Part shown: in pieces, positions 17,812 to 27,030 of the stretch
How positions within the stretch are numbered: position 1 is the stretch's first letter
Layout: each line of letters begins with the position of its first letter
NCBI GenBank assembly: GCA_016181275.1
Contig: JACOZQ010000029.1
Coordinates: 696-43,394 of the forward strand
Length of the DNA: 42,699 bases
Reading direction: 5' to 3'
Origin: Candidatus Woesearchaeota archaeon
GTDB taxonomy: Archaea > Nanobdellota > Nanobdellia > SCGC-AAA011-G17 > ARS1403
Made by a program: the position numbers and the translations under genes
The notes under the pieces: generated by a model
Database searches by the model: none
What the model was told of the DNA's origin: nothing
The model's input: the letters and a program-made list of their open reading frames with translations, nothing else

Positions 17812-19275
17812 TTATTGTCCTGTTATAGCAGATCTTGCATATTCGATATTTATTCTTGTTCTTTTATCAGCCGAACCCAAATAATATTCCAATTTTCCTT
17901 CCAAAATTCCTTTTTTCATTTCCGAAAGAGAATAATATAATTCCCTAAATTCTGGAACCTTTAATGAAATATCTAATAACTTATCTCCATTTTTCTTAGC
18001 TATCTTGCCCATTTCTTTTACAAAATCATGACCTATACCATATTTCGGATGAATCCAGCCTTCTCCTCTTAATATTGCAACCATTGCCTCACTTGGATTT
18101 CTTCTTATTGGTTCTAGATTTCTTTCCATAACATCTTCATTGATTGAGAGCTGCGGTAAAATTTTGTTTAATCTTACAAATGATTCATATGTTTCTGCCA
18201 TCATTAACTGCGGCTGGTATCTTGCTTGTTTTGAACCCCTCAAATCTCTTTGCAAATCTGACTTTATCATTTCATATAAAACACGCATTCCACTTTCAAC
18301 TACGGCAGGCGTTCCGGAAATATTTTCATAATCAACCGGATTATTCTTTGTTGCATCTGCACTTGATCCTCCAAGCCTTTCCGCATTATCTCTTGAAGTT
18401 ACTTCATTAATAGCAGAAGAATATAAAATCCTAATATCATTAGTAAAATCTCCCAGAACATGCATTAATGTAGTTAAACCATGCCCTACATCTGCCAATC
18501 TCTCTTTCTGAACTACTTGAGATGCTGTATAATCCGGCTTTAGACCTAATTTTTCAAGAGCTCTTTTTTCAAATTCAATTGATGTATTCTCTCCAATAAC
18601 CATATCTATACTTGCTCCAGTTCCAACAATGCCTGAAACTTTTCCGCGAAGACTGCTAAAACTTTTATCTAATACAATTAATCTGTTAGCTATTCTTGCT
18701 GCATAACTTGAAATTGTCAATCCAAATGTGACTGGAGATGTGTCCTGCAGATGCGTTCTTCCAACCTGCAATATATCAATAGATTCTTCTGCTACATCAC
18801 ATAATTTTTTTATTGATTTACTTACTTCGGGTTTTATTACTTCATTCCATGCCTTCCTAAAAAGATAAGAACGAGCTGTATCTAATATATCATAAGATGT
18901 TGTCCCAGGATGCAACAATGCTTTAGTTTCTTCAGATACAAATCTTCCCATTTCTTCAATTACAGCTAATTGATCATGCCTTGTAACTTGAGCTTCAAGA
19001 AGAGTTATGTTTAATGGATCTATTTTTTTTAATGCTTCTGCAACTTCATCAACATGTCTTTGCTCTGCATTCCCAAATTCTACTCTTGTCTCTAATAGAA
19101 TTTTCTGAACATATACACAACTAAGCCATTCTGCTTCAGCACTAAGATAACCAGATAATTTAGCTGATGTTGCTCCATACTTGCCGTCATCTGGAGAAAT
19201 GCATCTTAATGAATGCCTTCTAATAATAATTTTGTCTTCACTTAATTTTGAAACTAAATCATTTGCCATGTTCAT
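17812..19275 (-). CDS. purB: Adenylosuccinate lyase
   Basis: ISPDDGKY, TRHD, LHPGTTSYDILDTA, GRTHLQ, GGSSADATKNNPVDYE (fumarase-superfamily signature), LQRDL. Confidence 0.9.
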   Translation of the reverse strand: MNMANDLVSKLSEDKIIIRRHSLRCISPDDGKYGATSAKLSGYLSAEAEWLSCVYVQKILLETRVEFGNAEQRHVDEVAEALKKIDPLNITLLEAQVTRHDQLAVIEEMGRFVSEETKALLHPGTTSYDILDTARSYLFRKAWNEVIKPEVSKSIKKLCDVAEESIDILQVGRTHLQDTSPVTFGLTISSYAARIANRLIVLDKSFSSLRGKVSGIVGTGASIDMVIGENTSIEFEKRALEKLGLKPDYTASQVVQKERLADVGHGLTTLMHVLGDFTNDIRILYSSAINEVTSRDNAERLGGSSADATKNNPVDYENISGTPAVVESGMRVLYEMIKSDLQRDLRGSKQARYQPQLMMAETYESFVRLNKILPQLSINEDVMERNLEPIRRNPSEAMVAILRGEGWIHPKYGIGHDFVKEMGKIAKKNGDKLLDISLKVPEFRELYYSLSEMKKGILEGKLEYYLGSADKRTRINIEYARSAITGQ

Positions 19276-19298
19276 TTTATAAATTCAAGATGCTAATA

Positions 19299-20414
19299 TT
19301 AAGCTGCTAATTGATAAATAATTTTTTCTATGCCTGATACGACCCTTTCTTCATTAGATCTCATATCTGGTTCGAATCTTTTTCCTAATAAATGCTGAAC
19401 TCCTTCAATATACCTTACTGCTATTTTTGCTCTCTGCTCATCAGTATAGCCTTTTTCTCCCTCAGAAAATCCTCTCGCAAATTCTTTTGAATATGATCTT
19501 GGATCAAGCTCTTTTATCTCTCTCCTATCTAATTTTTTGAGCTGCTCATTGTAATCATCTAAAAGCCAGAATCTCGATGAATCCATTGTCCAAATTTCAT
19601 CTTGCGAGACAATTTCCCCTCTTTTGTTTATTCCATGTTCTGTTTTTGTATCAACTGCAATCAGTCCTTTTTCTTTTAGAAATTGCGAAATCATTCCGAA
19701 TGCAAATAATGAGCTGTTTTTTATTTGTGAATATTGGGCTGGTGTGCATATATTCCTTTCAAATAATTGCTCTGGCGAGACGGATTCATCATGCTCATCA
19801 GATTTTGTAGAAGGTGTGTCCATAACATATGGCAAAAGACCATTAGTAATTAAATTTTCTGGAAGATTATGCCCGCAGAAGTTTCTTCCGCCACTGATAT
19901 AATATTGGTATAAAGAAGTTGATGTTGAGCTCTTTGCCATATAAGCTCTAAGTACATTTTCAAAAGGAATCTGCTTTAAATTTTCTGCTGCAACCACGAT
20001 TGAATTGTCTTCTAAACCTTCTACTTCAAATTGAGATGTTCCTATTGCAGAGCTAAGCATTCTTCTCATATAATTATGATTTGCTGCTAAAATCTGGTCT
20101 TTAAATGGTATCTCTCCTCTACTTATATCGTGAGTTGAAATCCTTTGAGTCCTTACCATAATTCTTAAGGGAATTCCGTTTTTTGTTTCAAAATGAGGAT
20201 TTTCATATTCAACTCTTTGTCCTTTTTTATCAGCATAGCTTACCATTCCGCCAAAAATAGAATCAGAAACTTTTCCAGGCCGAGCTTTAAATTCTTTTAA
20301 TTCAGGAATTAAACCAGAATCTAAAATTTCCTGGGTAGATTGAATTTTGTCTCCTTTTTCCATATACTTATCGACTAGTTTTCTTGCTTCATCTTGTGTT
20401 AAGAAATCTTTCAT
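19299..20414 (-). CDS. purC: SAICAR synthetase
   Basis: GKVSD, RISTHD, IPFKDQIL, IPFENVLRAY, TPSTKS..HDE, VDTKTEHG, DEIWTMDSSRFW, SKEFAR. Confidence 0.93.
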   Translation of the reverse strand: MKDFLTQDEARKLVDKYMEKGDKIQSTQEILDSGLIPELKEFKARPGKVSDSIFGGMVSYADKKGQRVEYENPHFETKNGIPLRIMVRTQRISTHDISRGEIPFKDQILAANHNYMRRMLSSAIGTSQFEVEGLEDNSIVVAAENLKQIPFENVLRAYMAKSSTSTSLYQYYISGGRNFCGHNLPENLITNGLLPYVMDTPSTKSDEHDESVSPEQLFERNICTPAQYSQIKNSSLFAFGMISQFLKEKGLIAVDTKTEHGINKRGEIVSQDEIWTMDSSRFWLLDDYNEQLKKLDRREIKELDPRSYSKEFARGFSEGEKGYTDEQRAKIAVRYIEGVQHLLGKRFEPDMRSNEERVVSGIEKIIYQLAA

Positions 20415-20930
20415 TTAATCACTTCCATATCCTATTTGAAAATTCGCATCTTGTGTTCTTAGAGATTTTATTTTATCCCTAATTTCTTTCTCTAATATTT
20501 CTTTAAATCTTGGATTCACTCTTGAATATATCTGCGCTATAAATCTTCCAATGTTTGCAGCTCTATAAATTGTTGCATTGGAACTGCCTATCGGATTCAG
20601 CAAACAAGTCCTGTTTTCCAAACCATCTGGAGGGCAGCTTATAACTGGACCAAATGCATGATATGATAATGTTCCTGACAAGGCATCTACTCCTCCAGCG
20701 ATAGCAACGTAAGCAGCTGAACCGTTAATATCATTATATTCTCTAATTGCTTCTTCTAATTGACTAGGCTGCTTGTGTGCTGATAGAATTCTTACATCAA
20801 ATAATATTTCATATTTTTGCAAGGATTTAATGATTTCTTCAATATAATTTTTATCGCTGTCAGAACCGGCCATGACAACTGCACAACCTTTATTTGATTG
20901 CATTATAGACCTAAATTTTTCACTTATCAT
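20415..20930 (-). CDS. purE: AIR carboxylase / N5-CAIR mutase
   Basis: VVMAGSDSD, ILSAHKQP, AIAGGVDALSG, PVISCPP. ATG 20930 (alternative 20942) follows a TATA-like box at about 20956-20964. Confidence 0.9.
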   Translation of the reverse strand: MISEKFRSIMQSNKGCAVVMAGSDSDKNYIEEIIKSLQKYEILFDVRILSAHKQPSQLEEAIREYNDINGSAAYVAIAGGVDALSGTLSYHAFGPVISCPPDGLENRTCLLNPIGSSNATIYRAANIGRFIAQIYSRVNPRFKEILEKEIRDKIKSLRTQDANFQIGYGSD

Positions 20931-21057
20931 GAATATAATCATTTTTTATAGCAACCTTATAAAGATTTATATCTCTTAATTTCTATTTTTTAAAATTGAA
21001 GATCATTTATTTTATTCATTAGAAACCTTTTTAAATTAAAGAAAAGAGAGAAAAATT

Positions 21058-21315
21058 ATGAAAGCGAGAATTGTCAGTTTTAGAAGAAGCAGGAGAAGAC
21101 AGCATACCAAGCAAATAATCCTTAAAGTTGAGGGTATAACCAGCAAAGAAAAAACAAAAGAATTAATTGGAAAAATAATGATTTGGAGAAGCCCTGCTGG
21201 AAAGGAAATTAAAGGAAAGGTGAGCAATTTTCACGGCAATTCAGGAAATGTTCGTGTTGTTTTGGAAAGGGGAGTTCCTGGGCAGGCAATCGGCGAGGAA
21301 GTAGAAGTGAAATAA
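21058..21315 (+). CDS. rpl35ae: 50S ribosomal protein L35Ae (eL33)
   Basis: SFRRSRRRQ, GKVSNFHGNSGNVRV...GVPGQAIG. Confidence 0.93.
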   Translation: MKARIVSFRRSRRRQHTKQIILKVEGITSKEKTKELIGKIMIWRSPAGKEIKGKVSNFHGNSGNVRVVLERGVPGQAIGEEVEVK

Positions 21316-21316
21316 A

Positions 21317-21406
21317 ATGAAAAGAGAAACTGATTGGCTTAATGTTGTAATGATTATTTTACTTATAGTCTTGATAATATGGTTTATCACTCGGTTGGTG
21401 AATTAA
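21317..21406 (+). CDS. 29-aa single-TM microprotein
   Basis: MKRETDWLNVVMIILLIVLIIWFITRLVN*; fills the gap exactly, with 1-bp spacing to both neighbours. Confidence 0.6.
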   Translation: MKRETDWLNVVMIILLIVLIIWFITRLVN

Positions 21407-21407
21407 G

Positions 21408-21638
21408 ATGGATTGGAAAAAAATTTTTTATTGGATGTTAGTGCTTTTTGTCATATATTTGATAATAGAGATAGTTAGAAAAATATTTGGTGGCAGTTTG
21501 GATTATGAAGATTTGGTGATTGGATTATTGGTTGCTAATCTTAGTTATGTAATAGCCCTTCATATTAAGGTCTCTGATATTAATGCTAAATTATCAGGAC
21601 ATCTTGGATGGCACAAAGGAAAAGGAGAAAAAAATTAA
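21408..21638 (+). CDS. Small membrane protein
   Basis: Two hydrophobic segments; GGTGA upstream; stop abuts the rpl10e start. Confidence 0.7.
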   Translation: MDWKKIFYWMLVLFVIYLIIEIVRKIFGGSLDYEDLVIGLLVANLSYVIALHIKVSDINAKLSGHLGWHKGKGEKN

Positions 21639-22220
21639 ATGGTAACTTTAAGAAAATTCAGCTGCTATAGAAATGTAACAAGAGCATATACTAGAAAAAG
21701 CAAATATAAAACTAAAGGCTATGTTAAAGCCATGCCGAATTCTCGATTAGTGAGATTCAACATGGGAGATGTGCATAAAACCTTCCAGTATAAAGTTGAT
21801 CTTGTAAGCAAGGATAAGGTACAAGTAAGGGATAATGCATTGGAAAGTGCAAGGCAAGTCAGCAACAGAAGACTTGAAAGCTCACTTGGAAAAAACGGCT
21901 ATTATCTGAAAGTCATGGTTTATCCTCATCATGCTTTAAGAGAGAATAAAATGCTTGTCGGAGCCGGAGCTGACAGAATGCAGACAGGAATGCAGAAGGC
22001 ATTTGGGAAAGTAATTGGAATTGCTGCTAGACTGAAAGAAGGGCAAAACATATTTACTGCCTATGTCGACAAAAGCGGATTGGAAGTTGCTAAAGAGGCA
22101 TTCAGAAAAGCAAACCATAGGCTGCCTGCAAGATGCACTATAAAAATAACTGAGATTAATCCAGCTGAAAATTCAAATAAAAATGAAGTTGAGAATGAAA
22201 TACAGATGCTGCAAGGATAA
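21639..22220 (+). CDS. rpl10e: 50S ribosomal protein L10e/uL16
   Basis: CYR..RAYTR, QVRDNALESARQ, YPHHALRENKMLVGAGADRMQTGMQKAFGK. Confidence 0.96.
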   Translation: MVTLRKFSCYRNVTRAYTRKSKYKTKGYVKAMPNSRLVRFNMGDVHKTFQYKVDLVSKDKVQVRDNALESARQVSNRRLESSLGKNGYYLKVMVYPHHALRENKMLVGAGADRMQTGMQKAFGKVIGIAARLKEGQNIFTAYVDKSGLEVAKEAFRKANHRLPARCTIKITEINPAENSNKNEVENEIQMLQG

Positions 22221-22253
22221 TAATTTTAAAAAATAATTTAAATTTAAATTAAT

Positions 22254-22655
22254 ATGTCTAGATTTTGCCCAAAATTATCAATTAATTACCTTGAAAATTT
22301 AAGTCCGGATAGTAATCCTGATATAGAAGACATTGCTGATTATTTTGAAACTGACAAGAATGCTGTTATTGATGAAATGAACAGGCTTGGTATGCTTGTT
22401 AATGCTGCTAGAAGCAGAAATGAAAGAGTTATCATGATGAGCGGCTTTGACAGCGTCACTTTAAACAGGATTAAAAGAAGAGAAGATTTGCTTTCTGTAG
22501 GATATATAGCTTATGAAGGCTGGAAAGATGGAAAGATGGAATTTGGAATTTATTTCTTCAGAAAAAACAGGGCATTTAAATGGCATCCATCTCACCTTGT
22601 AAATAAAAGAGATTTGCTTAGATCGCTTAAAGACAATATTAATTATTATTCTTGA
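22254..22655 (+). CDS. Hypothetical protein
   Basis: 133-aa ORF with ATG start; no recognised motif. Confidence 0.55.
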   Translation: MSRFCPKLSINYLENLSPDSNPDIEDIADYFETDKNAVIDEMNRLGMLVNAARSRNERVIMMSGFDSVTLNRIKRREDLLSVGYIAYEGWKDGKMEFGIYFFRKNRAFKWHPSHLVNKRDLLRSLKDNINYYS

Positions 22656-22720
22656 CTTTCGAAGAACTTATAAGCCAGTATTTATTTTCTATCTTAAATT
22701 ATTTTAAGAGGAGATTTGAG

Positions 22721-24031
22721 ATGAGCATTTTATGGCTGAAAGAGATTGATAAAAATAATTTGAGAGAAGCTGGAATGAAAGCAGCTTACCTTGCTGACTT
22801 GTATAATAATGATTTTCCAGTCTCCAATGGATTCGTTGTTGAATCAGATGCATTTAAAGAATTCATTAATTCTCACGGATTGAATACTAAAATAAAAATT
22901 CTTCTAGACAAAATTGACGGTAATGATTTAAATTCTTTAGCCGGGATTTCTGAAAGCATTAAAAAAATAATTTTGAGAGAAGAAATTTCTCCTGGATTAA
23001 AAGCAGAGATATTGGAGGCATATGAAAATCTTAATGTTAATTCTGAGCTGCACAACGCTAAAATAGATGTTTTGAATTTTATAAAATCAGGAAGAGGAAA
23101 TGCTATTGTCTCAGTTAGATCCAGTTTTGTTCATGATATTCCTGGAGCTGGAGAAAACTTTTTGAACATCCTCGGAAATAACAATTTAATTAATGCTGTC
23201 AAAAACTGCTGGTCTAGTCTTTATAGCATTCCAAATCTCCTTCTTAATAAAGACAAATTGCTCGATAATAATCCTGGAACAGGTGTCCTTGTTCAAAAAA
23301 TGGTTGATGCCAAAAAATCAGGAATCGCATTGAGCAATAATCCAATGAGCAGAAATGATGAGATATTAATCGAAGCTGGCTTTGGTCTTGGGCAGATAAT
23401 TACAAAAGGAGAAATAACTCCAGATACTTTCATCGTCGACAAGAAATCAAAAAAAGTCTCTGAAAAAATTGGAATGAAAAGCTTGAAATTAATAAGAGAT
23501 GTTAATAATAACAAGACTGTAAGAAAAAAATTATTTTCAGATGAGCAAAAGAAAAGAGTTTTAGATGATTGGGAGGTTGATGAAGTTGTAAAATTAGCTG
23601 AGAAGATAGAGAATTTTTACAATGAAAACTTTGCTATAGAATTTGGTTTTGGAAAAAAACTGGAAGTATTTCATGCAAGACCATATAAGCTGCCGGAGAT
23701 AATTGAGAAAAATAATCTAGATGGAAAGATTTTGATTGAAGGAAAAGGTGCAAGCCCGAATATAAACAGCGGGATTGCTAGAAAGGATATAATTGTTTCT
23801 GAATCTGCTAATCTAGGAATTTTAAATAAGGCATTTTCTTCCAAAGGAATTGCGGTAAACTCTGGAAGCGTCGGCAGCAGTATTGCTTTGCTTTGCAGGC
23901 AGCTCGGGATACCCTTTATAATCGCTGAGAATTCAACCGCACTTCTTGATAATGGATTGCTTGTAACCTTGGATGGTAGAACTGGAAAAATCTATGAAGG
24001 CGATGCGAGAAGAGTTGAAGTCATCGGCTGA
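22721..24031 (+). CDS. PEP-synthase/PPDK-like N-terminal (ATP-grasp + swivel) protein, degenerate
   Basis: GMKAAYL, VSVRSS, CWSSLY, VLVQKMV, IEAGFGLG, ITPDTF, HARP, RQLGIP, VTLDGRTGKIYEG; GAGGAG upstream of ATG 22721; phospho-His and C-terminal barrel absent. Confidence 0.8.
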   Translation: MSILWLKEIDKNNLREAGMKAAYLADLYNNDFPVSNGFVVESDAFKEFINSHGLNTKIKILLDKIDGNDLNSLAGISESIKKIILREEISPGLKAEILEAYENLNVNSELHNAKIDVLNFIKSGRGNAIVSVRSSFVHDIPGAGENFLNILGNNNLINAVKNCWSSLYSIPNLLLNKDKLLDNNPGTGVLVQKMVDAKKSGIALSNNPMSRNDEILIEAGFGLGQIITKGEITPDTFIVDKKSKKVSEKIGMKSLKLIRDVNNNKTVRKKLFSDEQKKRVLDDWEVDEVVKLAEKIENFYNENFAIEFGFGKKLEVFHARPYKLPEIIEKNNLDGKILIEGKGASPNINSGIARKDIIVSESANLGILNKAFSSKGIAVNSGSVGSSIALLCRQLGIPFIIAENSTALLDNGLLVTLDGRTGKIYEGDARRVEVIG

Positions 24032-24130
24032 GCTTTATAAAATAAAATTTTTGAAATTGATACTCTATAAATGCTTCATTTGAACCAACAATCTGATTCC
24101 ATCTGAACTTATTTATTCTAGAATTAATTA

Positions 24131-24805
24131 CTATTTACTATATGCTTTAACAACTCTTGATAAATCCTTTATAAGATATTTTACTTCCTTAATACCATAT
24201 TCTTTTGCTGTTTCAGCTATAGATTCAAGCCTTGGCACCAAAGATAATAATAGGCCTTCTTCTCCATATACTAATTTACACAATTCCCTATTTTTATTAG
24301 TTTTATTGATTGATACTGCAACAAGCGGCCTGAAAATTGGCCTCATTCCCATAACAAAAATATATGGTGATATTAATTCTTCTGAAGAAGATTTAGCTAT
24401 CTCATCTAAATTTCTTTTTATACCAAACAATTCTGGAATTGGCAAATCTTCTAACTTAAAACTTGATTCTTGTCCATAATCTTTCATATCTGTTGTTTCT
24501 AAATATCCTCCTGCAATGGTTTTTAAATAATAAGACCATGTTAATGCATCAATGCTTTCTCTTAATGAAGGACTATAAATTTTAGATTCACCAGGTGCAA
24601 TATCAATGACAAAAGGTCCTAATGTTTTTAAGATTGAATTAATATTGCTTGATTGTCTCGGGAACAACTTTATAAGAAACGATCCTAAAATTTTTTGAGC
24701 TTCAACGAATAATTCATAACTCCTGTCTTCAGAAGAGATTGTTCTTTTTTCTGCGCTATTTTCTTTTTTGTCTTCTATTTTTCCTAAAGCGTCGTCGATT
24801 GGCAT
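24131..24805 (-). CDS. MPIDDALG-tagged protein D (224 aa), paralog of protein C
   Basis: Starts MPIDDALGKIE; shares PYIxVM...RPL and A..YGIKEV with 24808-25512. Confidence 0.8.
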   Translation of the reverse strand: MPIDDALGKIEDKKENSAEKRTISSEDRSYELFVEAQKILGSFLIKLFPRQSSNINSILKTLGPFVIDIAPGESKIYSPSLRESIDALTWSYYLKTIAGGYLETTDMKDYGQESSFKLEDLPIPELFGIKRNLDEIAKSSSEELISPYIFVMGMRPIFRPLVAVSINKTNKNRELCKLVYGEEGLLLSLVPRLESIAETAKEYGIKEVKYLIKDLSRVVKAYSK

Positions 24806-24807
24806 TT

Positions 24808-25512
24808 TTAAACCCACATCTGCTTGTATAAATTAATTGCATGATCAAAACTATCCATTATTGGCATAACTTCTTTTATGCCGTATTTCTCTGCTACCGA
24901 CAGATAATTTTTAGTTAAGGGTCTTTTTAATTGCAGGATCTCTTCGAAATAATCGCTTTTTTGCTCCAGTTGTTTTTGGACAGCCAATACAGATAGAGGC
25001 CTACACTTAAAATCTATACTCATGACCATTATATAAGGATCTAAAATAGCCAGATCTTCTTCTTTATCCGGGTCGCATAGATATTCTGATAATATTTTAA
25101 TTCCAGTAATATATTTGCTTGCTTCTTTAATCCTATCAACCTTAACAAATTGCGCCAGGTCAGTGTTGAAAATATGATCGCCATACATTAATCTGACAAT
25201 GCCTTCTAATACGGAATTTTCAGCTGGAGCAAATTTAATTTCTAGCTTCCTATTATTTGCTGGTCCGGCAGGAAAGATTTTATAAGACATAAATCCAAAT
25301 CTTTTAATTGCTTCTCCTGTTATGGCATGAATTTGATATCCTCCTGATTGATTTCCTAAGATTCCATTGAAGAATCTAAGCAAGATATCTCCAATTACTA
25401 AATTTGCATCCTCGAAAATCTGCCCTGGCTTGGTTTCTTGATTAACCTTGCTTGGTTCTCTGGCTGGCTCTTCTCTAACTTCTATATTCCCCAAAGCGTC
25501 GTCGATTGGCAT
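24808..25512 (-). CDS. MPIDDALG-tagged protein C (234 aa)
   Basis: Starts MPIDDALGNIE; its ATG overlaps the MoxR stop (TAATG). Confidence 0.8.
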   Translation of the reverse strand: MPIDDALGNIEVREEPAREPSKVNQETKPGQIFEDANLVIGDILLRFFNGILGNQSGGYQIHAITGEAIKRFGFMSYKIFPAGPANNRKLEIKFAPAENSVLEGIVRLMYGDHIFNTDLAQFVKVDRIKEASKYITGIKILSEYLCDPDKEEDLAILDPYIMVMSIDFKCRPLSVLAVQKQLEQKSDYFEEILQLKRPLTKNYLSVAEKYGIKEVMPIMDSFDHAINLYKQMWV

Positions 25513-27029
25513 TATATACTCTCTACTCCTCTTGCTTTTTCCATTGCTTTTGACAGAAGATATTTCTGAGCATGCGGCTTTAACTCAGTCGATAATGCTA
25601 ATCTTCCTTGAATGTCTTCAAGCTTTTTTCCCTTCATTTCTTCAGATTCAATCTCACTATATAAATCCCTGAATTCCTGCCTGTCAGCTTCTTCAACCAA
25701 AGGCTTGAAGTGATATTGCACTACCAAATCCTTGTCAATGTCATTAATCTTCGAATCTCCAGGGGCTATTTCTCCACGCAATACCATCGGCACTTCTTTC
25801 AAAGCATCTTTAACAGTGCTGTAATCTCCTGTTGCTTTAGCTACAACTGCTTCCAGAAATTTCATCTTCTGACCACTATAAGGATCTTTTGATATAACTG
25901 TTTCGCTTGGCTGGATTCTATGATACATAAGATAAGGCGCGATTGTCTGTAGTGTTTCTAATTGCACTTCTGGCTTTGCGACATCGACTTCTACTTTATT
26001 TCCTTTTTTATCTTCAACAACAGCTTTATATGAAAATGCATTTAAGAACCATGCATAAGCCTTTCCCCATCTTTGGAAATCCAAAAATGCCCTGCCGCTC
26101 AATCCATCCTGAGTCATCTTGCAAATGCTAACTGGTGTATCAAACCCGCAGCCCTTGCATCTTTCTCCTACAGGTATTTCATTATGCGACTTGTCAAAAT
26201 CATCTCCTCTTGCACAAGTTGAAACTGCTTGAGTGAGATAAATTGCATATATTAGAGCATCTGAGCTCATCTTAACATCTTCAGAAATTAATTTTCTTGC
26301 TTCAAGCAGCTCCTCCAGTGTCATCACCGGCTTTACAACTAATTCTTTTAATTTATCATCAGGCCTTTCTGCAAGCAGATATTGATCTGAAGCAGATGGC
26401 TGCTGCGGAGCTGGAACACAAAAGCTAAACCTGTCAACAAACGGCCTGCTCAATGGATATGTTCCTGAATCATTTGGATTCTCTGTTGCAAATGCCATGA
26501 AATCCGATATTTGATAAACCTGATCAATAAATTCAACCCTTCCTCTGTTTAAAATTTCAAACAAAGCATTCTGAGCTGGAGGCGGAAATCTATTTACTTC
26601 ATCCATGATCTTAACATAAGATGTCACAAAATTTCTCCATTTAACTTCTTCCTCTCCATGAACTATTAATTTTCCCAGTTTCAATGTTGCCAGTAATGTA
26701 TTAACATTCTGATCATCATTGCCACGAATCATTGCACTAGTTATTTCTTTTTCAGGAATTCCAGTGAGCATGTGAGCTACTTTTTCCACCATCGTGGTTT
26801 TACTTCCACCATGCCCTCCTCTATATATCACTCCGCTTTTTGGAACTAGTCCATTAACAACAGCCGAGCTCGTCATTGGATCAAGATATGTCTTCCTGAC
26901 TTTTCCATCAGGTCCTTTATAAGTAAATTCCATCCTGCCTCTGCTATTATAATAAACTCCTTGCACCGGGATTTGGGTATAAACTGTTCTTACCTTTTCC
27001 CTTAAAGTATTATGTTTTTGCTTGTTCAT
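25512..27029 (-). CDS. MoxR-family AAA+ ATPase with Cys-rich insertion
   Basis: Walker A GGHGGSKTT, Walker B IMDEVNR, AQNALFEIL, ATENPNDSGTYPLSRPFVDRF, GLSGRA, APYLMYHRI; GGAGG SD upstream. Confidence 0.9.
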   Translation of the reverse strand: MNKQKHNTLREKVRTVYTQIPVQGVYYNSRGRMEFTYKGPDGKVRKTYLDPMTSSAVVNGLVPKSGVIYRGGHGGSKTTMVEKVAHMLTGIPEKEITSAMIRGNDDQNVNTLLATLKLGKLIVHGEEEVKWRNFVTSYVKIMDEVNRFPPPAQNALFEILNRGRVEFIDQVYQISDFMAFATENPNDSGTYPLSRPFVDRFSFCVPAPQQPSASDQYLLAERPDDKLKELVVKPVMTLEELLEARKLISEDVKMSSDALIYAIYLTQAVSTCARGDDFDKSHNEIPVGERCKGCGFDTPVSICKMTQDGLSGRAFLDFQRWGKAYAWFLNAFSYKAVVEDKKGNKVEVDVAKPEVQLETLQTIAPYLMYHRIQPSETVISKDPYSGQKMKFLEAVVAKATGDYSTVKDALKEVPMVLRGEIAPGDSKINDIDKDLVVQYHFKPLVEEADRQEFRDLYSEIESEEMKGKKLEDIQGRLALSTELKPHAQKYLLSKAMEKARGVESI

Positions 27030-27030
27030 T

